A stretch of 64,000 bases of DNA from Spirulina sp. (lineage in GTDB: Bacteria; Cyanobacteriota; Cyanobacteriia; Phormidesmidales; Phormidesmidaceae): contig JBIPSI010000013.1 of NCBI GenBank assembly GCA_044070495.1, forward strand, positions 32,001 to 96,000. The letters run 5' to 3'. This document shows, piece after piece, positions 48,926-58,068 of the stretch. Below the pieces are notes generated by a model that did no database searches, was not told where the DNA came from, and was given only the letters and a program-made list of their open reading frames with translations. How positions within the stretch are numbered: position 1 is the first letter of the stretch; each line of letters begins with the position of its first letter. Position numbers and translations under genes: made by a program.

Positions 48926-50266
48926 CTAGGGCGCAACATTGCGGCGGGGATCGCCGTAGCGATAGTCCTCAGTTTGCATTCTGACCTTGGTGGTCATGGT
49001 GGCGGGGACGGTAGCGGTGCCCCAGTGGGCCTGAATGGCCTGCACCAACTGATCCTGCTGCACCCGCAGATCGGGGATAGCCCAGCCTCGGTTGATGATG
49101 GCAAACCACACCGGGCCTTTGTCGGCGGTGGGCACCATGCCAGCCAGGGCGCTGACTTCGGCTAGGGTACCTGTTTTGACGGCGGCGGTGGCGGGCAGGC
49201 GACGGTCAATTAGGGTACCCACATCTTCCCCGGCCACGGGCAACACATCGGCCACGGAATAGCCTTGGCGTTCCATTTCACTCTGGAGGGCTAGGGTCAT
49301 GGCTACGGCGGCGCGGGCCGACATTTTGTTGTCTACGCCCAAACCCGACCCATTGATCAAGCTCAATTCTCCCGGCGGCAGATCGGCCATCACCGAGGCG
49401 GTTTCCGTCACCACCCTAGCCCCCCCCACCAGGGTCGCCATCTGTTCCGACATGACGTTGTTGCTATAGATATTCATGGCCTTGAGGATAGCCACCAGGG
49501 GCAGGGATTGGTGGCGCACCAGCCAGGTGGTGTCGGCAGGTAGGGCGGTGGTAGGGATACGGCGGACGGTGCCCTCGATGGCGAGGCTGGGCTGGGCGGT
49601 ATTGGCCTCTAGGTTGCGGTAGGCGGATCGAATGTCGTTATTCCAGGTGTCGGTGTGCATCACCCGCTTCAGGTTTTCCGCCGACCCATTGGGATCCTCG
49701 GCAAAGTTCATGGTGAACCCATCGACAATCACCAAATCCCCCGTCACCCGCTGCACCCCTAGGGCCTGAAGGTGATTGGCCAGGACGATCCCCTCCTCCC
49801 ACACAAACAGCGGGTCGCCGCCCCCCTGCACGATCAAGTCTCCTTGCAGCACACCGTTTTCTAGGCGACCCTGCATTCCCACCAGGGTATCGAAGCGGTG
49901 ATCCAAGGGCCAATTCTTCAGGGCCGCTAGGGTGGTAGCCAACTTGGTCAAGGAAGCCGCTGACATGGGCACCTGGCCCTGGTGCTGGGTCACAGCACTG
50001 CCCCCCGCATGGATCCAAATCCCCTGATCTGGAATCGACCAACCCTGGCGCTCCAGCCCAGCTAGATATTGGGCCAAAATTTGATCCACAGCGGCATCGG
50101 GGGCCAGCCCCACCACCCAGGGGGATTGCCACTCCGCCACTAGGGCTTGGCCCTGCAACCCCGTCGTTTGCAGCGGTTTAGATTCTCCCATGTTGAGCAG
50201 CACCGACAGCACCCCAAGGGGAGCCGCCATCAGGGAAACAACAGGAAAAAGGAGACTTAGACGCAC
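48926..50266 (-). CDS. dacB: D-alanyl-D-alanine carboxypeptidase/endopeptidase (PBP4)
   Basis: ASLTK (SxxK), SNN (SxN), KTG. Confidence 0.88.
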   Translation of the reverse strand: MRLSLLFPVVSLMAAPLGVLSVLLNMGESKPLQTTGLQGQALVAEWQSPWVVGLAPDAAVDQILAQYLAGLERQGWSIPDQGIWIHAGGSAVTQHQGQVPMSAASLTKLATTLAALKNWPLDHRFDTLVGMQGRLENGVLQGDLIVQGGGDPLFVWEEGIVLANHLQALGVQRVTGDLVIVDGFTMNFAEDPNGSAENLKRVMHTDTWNNDIRSAYRNLEANTAQPSLAIEGTVRRIPTTALPADTTWLVRHQSLPLVAILKAMNIYSNNVMSEQMATLVGGARVVTETASVMADLPPGELSLINGSGLGVDNKMSARAAVAMTLALQSEMERQGYSVADVLPVAGEDVGTLIDRRLPATAAVKTGTLAEVSALAGMVPTADKGPVWFAIINRGWAIPDLRVQQDQLVQAIQAHWGTATVPATMTTKVRMQTEDYRYGDPRRNVAP

Positions 50267-50599
50267 AACAACCCGTCCTTAAGATCACCATATTAAATGA
50301 ACGCATCCCCCGGCCATGGGGTCTTTAGCCAATGCCCTCAGGCTATCAGGGCTTAAGCATAGCAGGGCTTTAGGTCTTTGCGGAGAGGGTTGTACCGCCG
50401 CCCCCTGGTCTCCATTCGTCACCCCGTTGTGATGGGCTTCCCAAATTCAAGGCCCGACTTCATGGTAAAGGGGGTCATTTTTTTAATTTTCGAGATCGGT
50501 ATGTACACTGGAAATGAAAGTGTCCGCCAACTTGGTAGAGTAAAGCCATTCTGCTGAGCCAAACGTACGACCGACCCTGGGGATCTCGGAGTGTTGCCG

Positions 50600-51208
50600 A
50601 TGAGTGATCAAAATTCCTACGAACTACTAGGGCTAACCGAAGCGTCTACCTTCGAGGAGATTCAGGCGGCTAGAGATCGCCTGATTGAAGCCTGTGGCGA
50701 TGAACCGCAGCAAAAGGCCAATATCGAAGCGGCCTACGATGCCATCCTCATGGAACGGCTGCGGCTGCGCCAGGAGGGCAAAATTAAGGTGCCCGACCGC
50801 ATCCGGTTTGCGGAAAATACCCCAGAACCCGCTCCAGCGACCAAGGCTCCCCCCTCTATCCCCCGACCCGATTGGCTTTCTGGCCTGGTGGATACTCCCA
50901 GCCGCGACGATATTCTCTGGCCTGCCATTACCTTTGCGGGGTTGGCCCTGCTGGGGTTTGCGGCCCCGTCGTTGTCGTTGGCGGTGGCCTTGGGGGCGGC
51001 AGTCTATTTCCTCAACCGCAAGGAAAATAAATTCTGGCGCTCGCTTCTGCTGACCATTGCAGGTTTAGCGGCGGGTCTAGCCCTAGGGCTAACGGTGGGC
51101 CAGTTGCTGATTCCCCAAGGGGCACAGTTTGCCTGGGCTACCCCCGATGCCCTGGCCGCCGCCATCACCTGTCTGGCGCTGTGGGTGGTGAGTAGCTTCC
51201 TGCGCTAG
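50600..51208 (+). CDS. CPP1-like (DUF3353) J-like membrane protein
   Basis: YELLGL..ASTFEEIQ, IEAAYDAILMERLRLRQEGKIKVP; C-terminal TMs. Confidence 0.88.
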   Translation: MSDQNSYELLGLTEASTFEEIQAARDRLIEACGDEPQQKANIEAAYDAILMERLRLRQEGKIKVPDRIRFAENTPEPAPATKAPPSIPRPDWLSGLVDTPSRDDILWPAITFAGLALLGFAAPSLSLAVALGAAVYFLNRKENKFWRSLLLTIAGLAAGLALGLTVGQLLIPQGAQFAWATPDALAAAITCLALWVVSSFLR

Positions 51209-51251
51209 GCGGATCGGCTGAACTGTGGGGCGGCCAATAGCTTGATTTCTG

Positions 51252-51336
51252 GTAGGTTGGGTGGCGCGATAGCAGAACCCAACAAGCCTAAAATCCTTGG
51301 CGAGTGTTGGGTTCCGCTTCGCTGCACCCAACCTAC
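51252..51336. repeat. Inverted pair of GTAG-type REPs (REPIN-like)
   Basis: gtaggttgggt...aacccaac and gttgggtt...acccaacctac; a degenerate relative at ~61927-61956. Confidence 0.75.
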
Positions 51337-51388
51337 TTTAGAGATGCGTCAGGCAATCAGGTCACACCCTTTAAAACCGACGTTCTAC

Positions 51389-51426
51389 AAAAATACCCTA
51401 GGAATTCTAAACCCTGGGGTATTTTT
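51389..51426. terminator. Bidirectional terminator-like hairpin
   Basis: aaaaataccctagg-loop-cctggggtattttt. Confidence 0.7.
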
Positions 51427-51504
51427 ATGGGGTGAATGGATGGAACCAATGTGACTAATGATAACCCTGAGACCTGAATCCCTTCAATCGGTGGTAGGAT
51501 GAGT

Positions 51505-51681
51505 AGCACTGTCGGTTCTGGTGGGGATCAGCCACTAGAGGAAACGGGGAAAGAGCAGTGAAAATCTGCCGCTGTCCCGCAGCTGTAAGCTAGGTTTGAA
51601 CTCCTTAAGAATTCAGCCTCAGTAAGTCAGAATGCCCGCCGATAGATGTTCTCTACATAATCCATCTGCGAGGTACGGATG
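51505..51681 (+). ncRNA. Cobalamin riboswitch with expression-platform hairpin
   Basis: cggttctggtgg...aacggggaaag..cagtgaaaatctgccgctgtcccgcagctgtaa...agtcagaatgcccgccga (B12 box); downstream catctg-cgaggta-cggatg hairpin; upstream of a TonB-dependent receptor. Confidence 0.92.
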
Positions 51682-52306
51682 CTGTCCTTAGCGTTAGGGC
51701 AATCGCACATCAGGCGATTGCAGCTTTTGAATTTAAAGTATTCCTACAAAATTGCCGCCGAGGCAAGCATCAAGGGATCTAAGTCTGCTTCACGTAAGGG
51801 GCTTCGGTTACTTGATGGTGGTTCTATGAAACGATGAAAGCCCCTCCTGGCAAGGGTTTTTTGAGTTTCAGTATGGGGATGAGATTCGGCTCATACCGCT
51901 AATCATTCCCATAAATCCATCGAAACTTGGCTGAGGGAGGGGTCTACCCTGCTGCCCTCTAGGGAAATTTAGGATCACTATTCCAATGGCGAGATGGTGC
52001 GTTGTGGATTTAACTAACGCACTGGGTTTTCCTTTGGATTTTTCCTACGCAATAGCGCTAATTTCACGTTTTGATTCGTTCATGGCAGGGAGAAAGACTC
52101 AGGTTTTTTGCAAGGTTAACGATAGATTTCACAACCAACGTCATGAAGGCAATTGGGTTGAAGTCGAGGGATTGATTCATTCAATTTTGAGCATCAGTTT
52201 TGAGTATCAAATAGCCGTCTTCCCCTGTGGTTAGTTGAGAGTAGCAGCGGCCCAAATATTGACCCAAATATTGAATTGAGTTGTTGAGGAGTATTGAGGA
52301 GAAACC

Positions 52307-54637
52307 ATGGTAAGACAATTGCGGTGGATGAAGACTTCGAGGTGGGGGCTGGCGCTGCTGCTGTGGAGCGCAGGGCTGGGGGTTGCCCAGGCGGAAACAA
52401 CGACATCTGAGGAATTTTCCCAGGATGAGATGGCCGAGGTATCCGTGACGGCAGCAGATTTGGTGGCTGTTCCAGGCTCTGAAGATCGCGATTTAGGGGA
52501 GTCGTCGGACAGTGTTCTGGCTCAGCAGGACGTTCAGGATAGTGCGACCCAGAGTCGCCCGACCTCAGCCCCCCTAACCCCAATGCCGTCGGTGGCCAAC
52601 CCAGAGGACTTCTATGGCCAGGTCGATAGCTCAGACCATGCCCAGGTCGATGATGCCGGGGATGTCCAGATCGATGACGCTGGGGAAGACTTGGGAGATA
52701 CCGAACCCACCGATGGGGCGGCAGGGGAGGACGAAGAACCCCTGATTCGGATCAACGTGACGGGGCAAATTTTGGATCAGCCCGTCTTCTCCCCCTTTCG
52801 GCGGGAGGGCACAGTGCGGGAGGCCAGCCAGCCCGTCTACGTGATCAACCGTGAGCAAATGGAGGCCCAGGGTGCGCGTACGGTGAATGAGGCCCTGCGT
52901 TACCTGCCTGGTGTGCTGAGCGAAAGCACCAGCGGCGGGCAGTTGGGGACGCAGAGCGGGCAGTTCATTCGGGGGGGCAGTTCAGCGCAAACCCTGATTT
53001 TGCTGGATGGTCGGCCCCTCAATCAGATCGGTTCCTTTGGGGCCTTCGACCTGTCTACGCTGACGGTGGATGCCATTGAGCAGATTGAGGTGCTGCCGGG
53101 GGGAAGTTCGGTGCTGTATGGGTCTAGCGCCATTGGCGGCGTGATCAACATCATCACCCGCCGACCGGGGGAAAATACCTTTGAAACTTCGGCTTCGGCA
53201 GCGGTGGGCAGCTTTGGCTTTAATGACCAAATTCTCCAGGCCCGGGGCAACAACGACGGCCTGAGTTGGGTACTGGGCTACAACCGCACGGCCTCGCGCA
53301 ACAATTTCCCCTTTAGCCTCACCAGCACGAATGTTGACGGGGTGCGCACCAATGCCGATGTGCTCTACAACAACGTCAACTTCAATGCCACCACCGAGTT
53401 GAGTGATCGCAGTCGGCTGCGGCTGGGGTTGCTCTACCTCAGCAAGGATTTGGGGGTACCCGGTGCGGTGCCCGTCCCCGGTAGTATCGCGGGCGGGTTC
53501 AACAGCCTCTCCGCCGATGATCGCAGCTACAGCGAAAACTGGCTGCTAGATCTGGCCTACGAAGCCGACCTGGGCCAAGGGGATGACTCGCGGCTAACGG
53601 CGCGGCTCTACGGCGACCTGCTGGGGCTAACCTTCAACCGCCCTAGCCCCAGCTTTGGCGACCCCACCCGCGACCTAGTGGATCAAACCTCCGTGGGTGC
53701 CCAGGTGCAGCACAACTGGCAGTTGGCCAGCAACCAAAACCTCACCTACGGCGTCGATTTTCGCCAGGTGAACGCCGACAACCGCACCCTCAACCTATTG
53801 ACCAACGACCTCACGGAAAACTACGCGGATTCTCTGCGGCAGACGGGGTTGTTTGCCCGATACCAGGCGGAAATTACCCCCCGCTGGAGCGCCAATGCCG
53901 GGATTCGGCAGGACTTTAACGACCTCGCCGATGGATCCTTCACCTCCTTCCACCTGGGCAGCCGCGTGCAGGTGACCGACACCACCAGCCTGCGGGCCAA
54001 CTTTGGCCGCAACTTCCGGGTGCCCACCCTCACCGACCTGTTTTTTGCCCCCTTCAATAACCCCAACCTGCGCCCCGAATCGGGCTGGAGCTTTGATGTG
54101 GGGGTGGATCAGCAGATCGGGGATCGGGGGCTGGCGCGGCTCACCTTCTTCCGCAACGACATCCGCGACGCCATCAACTTTGATTTGGCCACCTTCACCC
54201 CCCAAAACATTGGTCGGGTGCGGTCGCTGGGACTAGAGGCCGAGGTGAACTATCAAATCCTCGACAACGTCTTTGCCTTTGCCAACTACACCTGGAACGA
54301 CCCCAAAATTCTGGCCGGATCCTCCCCCAGCGAAGAGGGTAACCTACTGCCCTTTACCAGTGCCGATACCTGGAACCTGGGCCTCGCCTACGAAACGCCC
54401 CAGGGCTTTTACACGGGGCTGTTTGTCCACTCGGTCAGCTCGGTGTTTGTGGATCGGGCCAACCGGGAAACCCTGCCCGGACGCACCGTGGTTGATCTGA
54501 AGCTGCGATCCCCCATCAGCGATGTTTTGGTGATCAATGCCAGCCTCAACAACCTGTTCGACACCCAATTCGAGCAGTTTCCAGGGGTGCCAGGGCTAGG
54601 ACGCAATTTCCAACTGGGGGTAAGCCGCACCTTCTAG
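52307..54637 (+). CDS. btuB: TonB-dependent receptor, probably BtuB-type corrinoid receptor
   Basis: Signal peptide, acidic linker, plug (LILLDGRP, IEQIEVL, LYGSSAIGGVINIIT), C-terminal F; riboswitch context. Confidence 0.85.
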   Translation: MVRQLRWMKTSRWGLALLLWSAGLGVAQAETTTSEEFSQDEMAEVSVTAADLVAVPGSEDRDLGESSDSVLAQQDVQDSATQSRPTSAPLTPMPSVANPEDFYGQVDSSDHAQVDDAGDVQIDDAGEDLGDTEPTDGAAGEDEEPLIRINVTGQILDQPVFSPFRREGTVREASQPVYVINREQMEAQGARTVNEALRYLPGVLSESTSGGQLGTQSGQFIRGGSSAQTLILLDGRPLNQIGSFGAFDLSTLTVDAIEQIEVLPGGSSVLYGSSAIGGVINIITRRPGENTFETSASAAVGSFGFNDQILQARGNNDGLSWVLGYNRTASRNNFPFSLTSTNVDGVRTNADVLYNNVNFNATTELSDRSRLRLGLLYLSKDLGVPGAVPVPGSIAGGFNSLSADDRSYSENWLLDLAYEADLGQGDDSRLTARLYGDLLGLTFNRPSPSFGDPTRDLVDQTSVGAQVQHNWQLASNQNLTYGVDFRQVNADNRTLNLLTNDLTENYADSLRQTGLFARYQAEITPRWSANAGIRQDFNDLADGSFTSFHLGSRVQVTDTTSLRANFGRNFRVPTLTDLFFAPFNNPNLRPESGWSFDVGVDQQIGDRGLARLTFFRNDIRDAINFDLATFTPQNIGRVRSLGLEAEVNYQILDNVFAFANYTWNDPKILAGSSPSEEGNLLPFTSADTWNLGLAYETPQGFYTGLFVHSVSSVFVDRANRETLPGRTVVDLKLRSPISDVLVINASLNNLFDTQFEQFPGVPGLGRNFQLGVSRTF

Positions 54638-54663
54638 TAGGGTGGGCACTGCCCACCAATCTC

Positions 54664-54706
54664 CCTTCCCGCCTCCCAATTCCCGACTCCCAATTCCCGA
54701 TTCCCC
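54664..54706. repeat. Heptamer STRR-like repeat abutting a start codon
   Basis: cccttcc cgcctcc caattcc cgactcc caattcc cgattcc cc ATG. Confidence 0.7.
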
Positions 54707-55933
54707 ATGACCTCACCCCCCTCCTACCACCATCTTCGCCCCTGGGCTGCGGGTCTCCTGGGGCTGGTGCTCGTACTCACCAGTTGCCAACGGGTGTCTT
54801 CCCCGACAGGATCGTCCCCAGAGGCGGGTGATCGGGAGGGGTGCGTAGCCGAGTACAGCGAGACGGAGGATTACTTTCCGGCCAAGGCCCAGGTGGACTA
54901 TGCCACGGGCTTTACGGTGGAGTATCACCGCCACTACAAGGTGGTGACGGTGGCCATGCCCTGGCAGCAAAATCAGCCGCCGCTGCGCTACGTGCTGGTG
55001 CAGTGCGGCACTCCGGTGCCGGAGGTGCCGGGGGCAACGACGGTGATTGAAATTCCGGTGCAGCGAGTGGTGGCGCTGTCTACCACCCATCTGCCCTACC
55101 TAGACGAACTGGGCCAGGTGGAGGCCCTGGTGGGGGTGGGGCAGTTTGCCTTTGTTAATAATCCCAACGTGCGCCGCAAGATTGACCAGGGCGATCTGGT
55201 GGAGATAGCCAGCGGTCAGTCCCTCAATCTGGAGCAGCTTTTGCTGGCGGAACCGGATTTGGTGATGGCGATTGCGACAGGCAATACCGAGGCCGATAGT
55301 CCTCAACGATTGCAGCAGGCGGGGTTACCCGTGGTGGCGGTGGCGGAATTTCAGGAGACCCTGCCCCTAGGACGGGCGGAGTGGCTGAAATTTACCGCCC
55401 TGTTTTTCAATCAGGAAGCCCTCGCCGAGGAGCGGTTTGCAGCCATTGCTGCGGAATACCAAGACCTGCGCGAGCTAACAACCACCCTGACGGATCGGCC
55501 AACGGTGTTTTCGGGATCGAGCTATGAAGGCACCTGGTATGTACCAGGGGGCAAAAGCTATGCGGCGCAACTGTTTCGGGACGCTGGGGCCGATTACTTG
55601 TGGGCCGATCTCGACCAGGCCAATAGCCTGCCGCTGGATGTGGAAGCGGTCTATGATCGGGCAGCGATGGCCGATTTTTGGCTGAATGGCGGCCTAGATT
55701 GGCAAACCCTGGGCGATGCCCTAGCCGCCGATGCCCGCCACGGCAAGTTTCGAGCGCTGCAACAAAACCAAATGTTCAACAACAACGCTCGTCTCAACGA
55801 TGGCGGCGGCAACGACTATTGGGAAAGCGGTTCCCTCTATCCCCACTGGATTTTGGCCGACCTCATCCACATTTTTCACCCCAACCTTTTGCCCGACCAC
55901 CAACTGATCTACTACCAGCGCCTAGAACCCTAA
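54707..55933 (+). CDS. ABC substrate-binding lipoprotein (BtuF/Fe-siderophore class)
   Basis: Lipobox LTSC; PVQRVVALSTT, PLGRAEWLKF, NDYWESG. Confidence 0.88.
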   Translation: MTSPPSYHHLRPWAAGLLGLVLVLTSCQRVSSPTGSSPEAGDREGCVAEYSETEDYFPAKAQVDYATGFTVEYHRHYKVVTVAMPWQQNQPPLRYVLVQCGTPVPEVPGATTVIEIPVQRVVALSTTHLPYLDELGQVEALVGVGQFAFVNNPNVRRKIDQGDLVEIASGQSLNLEQLLLAEPDLVMAIATGNTEADSPQRLQQAGLPVVAVAEFQETLPLGRAEWLKFTALFFNQEALAEERFAAIAAEYQDLRELTTTLTDRPTVFSGSSYEGTWYVPGGKSYAAQLFRDAGADYLWADLDQANSLPLDVEAVYDRAAMADFWLNGGLDWQTLGDALAADARHGKFRALQQNQMFNNNARLNDGGGNDYWESGSLYPHWILADLIHIFHPNLLPDHQLIYYQRLEP

Positions 55934-56014
55934 CCGTTAGATTAGGGCGAGGTGCCCTCGCCCCTAACCCTAACCCTAACCCCCTAACGAAAAGGGGACT
56001 TAATGCTCCTATCC

Positions 56015-56091
56015 CCAACAACCAACAACCAACAACCAACAACCAACAACCAATAACCAACAACCAACAACCAACAACCAATAACCAACAA
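56015..56091. repeat. STRR heptamer array (CCAACAA/CCAATAA) x11
   Basis: 11 units ending 4 nt before ATG 56096. Confidence 0.95.
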
Positions 56092-56095
56092 CGCC

Positions 56096-56863
56096 ATGCC
56101 CCTAACCCTCGCCCAACTCAGCGATACCCATCTGCTAGCCCAGCCCACCGATTGCCTGCGCGGCCTCAACCCCTGGCAGTCGTTCCAGGCGGTGCTGGCG
56201 GCGGCCCTAGAGTACCAACTCGATGGTCTTTTGCTGACAGGGGATTTGGCCGAGGAGGATAGCCTAGAAGCCTACGAGCATCTGCGAGCGGCAACGGAAT
56301 CCCTAGATCTCCCCATCTACTGGATTCCCGGCAACCACGATAATCCGGCCCTGCTACACCAGGTCTTTACCGATGTTCCTTACCATGGCCCCAACCAAAG
56401 CCTCGACCTAGGCCACTGGCGGCTGATTTTGCTCGATTCGGTGTTGCCCACAGCTCAGTTTGGCGAGGGACATCTTTCCCCAGACACCCTCACCTGGCTA
56501 GAGGACACCCTGGCCCAGCACCCCGCTCAGCCCACCGCCGTTGCCCTGCACCATCCCCCGGTTTCCACGGGCATCGACTGGCTGGATCAAATTCAGCTTC
56601 AGCGGGCCGACGATTTTCTGACGCGGCTAGAACGGTTTGAGCAGGTGAAGGTGGTGACCTTTGGCCATGCCCACCTAGAGATTGATCAACGGTGGGGCGA
56701 GGTTTGCTACTACGGCTGTCCCTCCACCGTGCACCAGGTGACGCCCACCCAGCCCAGCCCCAACCACGATCAACCGGGCTTTCGGCTGATCACCCTCCAT
56801 CCCAACGGCCAGCACCAGACCGAGGTGCGGCGGGTGGCCCTTACGGTTGCGGTGGGGGGCTAG
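56096..56863 (+). CDS. CpdA-like metallophosphoesterase
   Basis: SDTH, TGDL, PGNHD, LHHPP, FGHAH. Confidence 0.9.
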   Translation: MPLTLAQLSDTHLLAQPTDCLRGLNPWQSFQAVLAAALEYQLDGLLLTGDLAEEDSLEAYEHLRAATESLDLPIYWIPGNHDNPALLHQVFTDVPYHGPNQSLDLGHWRLILLDSVLPTAQFGEGHLSPDTLTWLEDTLAQHPAQPTAVALHHPPVSTGIDWLDQIQLQRADDFLTRLERFEQVKVVTFGHAHLEIDQRWGEVCYYGCPSTVHQVTPTQPSPNHDQPGFRLITLHPNGQHQTEVRRVALTVAVGG

Positions 56864-56867
56864 GGCT

Positions 56868-57962
56868 ATGGTGCTAAAACTGACGCTGCCCAAACTAGCT
56901 TCGGCCAAATCCCTTTGTCCCCCCGTCAGCCCGATTCCCGCGCCCAGACCTAGCCATTACCTGGGACTATGGGGGCTGCTGGGGGTTTTGCTGTTCGCCT
57001 TTTTGGTCAGCTTGGCCCTGGGGTCGGTAACGATTCCCCTGTCGGAGGTGGTCACCATTCTGCTGGGGGGAGAACCCAGCCGTGCCCCCTGGCGCGACAT
57101 TGTGCTGAACTTTCGCCTACCCCGATCCCTCACCGCCATGGCCGCCGGATCGGCTCTGGCCGTCAGCGGGTTGCAGCTTCAGGCGCTATTTCGCAATCCC
57201 CTGGCGGGGCCGTCGATTCTGGGCATCAACGCTGGGGCGAGTTTGGGCGCGGCCCTGGTGGTGCTGACTGGGGGCCTAACGGGTTGGGCGGCGGTGGGTT
57301 GGCTGGGGCAGTTTAGCCTGGTAGGGGCCGCCAGCCTCGGTGCCGCCGCCGCCATGGTGTTGGTGATGGGGGTGGCCCACCGTGTCCGCAATTCCCTGGC
57401 GCTGCTGATTTTTGGCCTCATGTTGGGCTATGTCACCACCGCTCTGGTCACGATTCTGCTGCACTTCAGTTCTATCGACCAAACCCTGGCCTACCTAAGC
57501 TGGACCTTCGGCAGCTTTGCGGGCGTCACCTGGGCGCAGATTCCGGTACTGGTGACGATTATCCTGGGCGGGCTAGGGCTGGCCTACCTGACGGGCAAAC
57601 CGCTCAACCTACTACTGCTGGGGGAAGAACAGGCCCTTAGCCTCGGTCTTTCCCTCAGGCTAACGCGGCTGTATTTGATCCTCAGTTCCTCGCTGCTAGC
57701 GGGTACCGTCACGGCCTTCTGCGGCCCCATTGCCTTTTTGGGGGTGGCCGTTCCCCACCTGGGTCGCAGCCTGTTTCGCACCCTCGACCATCGGGTGCTA
57801 ATTCCCGCCTCCATCCTCATCGGTGCCCTGTTGGCCTTGGTGGCCGATGGTATTGCCCAACTGCCCGGTAGCCAGGTGATGCTGCCCCTCAATGCCGTTA
57901 CCGCCCTGATTGGTGCCCCGGTGTTGATTGGTCTCATGCTAAAACGTCAGGGTCGCCTGTGA
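56868..57962 (+). CDS. FecCD/BtuC-family ABC permease
   Basis: FRLPR, QALFRNPLAGP, LGEEQALSLG, GPIAFLGVAVPH. Confidence 0.92.
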   Translation: MVLKLTLPKLASAKSLCPPVSPIPAPRPSHYLGLWGLLGVLLFAFLVSLALGSVTIPLSEVVTILLGGEPSRAPWRDIVLNFRLPRSLTAMAAGSALAVSGLQLQALFRNPLAGPSILGINAGASLGAALVVLTGGLTGWAAVGWLGQFSLVGAASLGAAAAMVLVMGVAHRVRNSLALLIFGLMLGYVTTALVTILLHFSSIDQTLAYLSWTFGSFAGVTWAQIPVLVTIILGGLGLAYLTGKPLNLLLLGEEQALSLGLSLRLTRLYLILSSSLLAGTVTAFCGPIAFLGVAVPHLGRSLFRTLDHRVLIPASILIGALLALVADGIAQLPGSQVMLPLNAVTALIGAPVLIGLMLKRQGRL

Positions 57963-57995
57963 TCCTGAATCTTGCGTGCGTGCCCCGGCATTAGC

Positions 57996-58018
57996 GGGCG
58001 AGGAGACCTCGCCCCTAC
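57996..58018. repeat. REP-like palindrome GGGCGAGGAGACCTCGCCC
   Basis: Second copy at 61987-62009; variant at 55943-55966. Confidence 0.8.
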
Positions 58019-58068
58019 GGTTGGTTGGGTTGGGTTAGGAATTGGGACTATGGAATTCGGCTTTGGGG

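Noticed and set aside
51986..52234. 82-aa ORF in the btuB leader
   Set aside because: No RBS or recognisable motif in an AT-rich stretch; cannot be supported.
55678..56262. ORFs with NNQQPTT / LLVVGCW repeats
   Set aside because: Translations of the heptamer array that overlap real genes.
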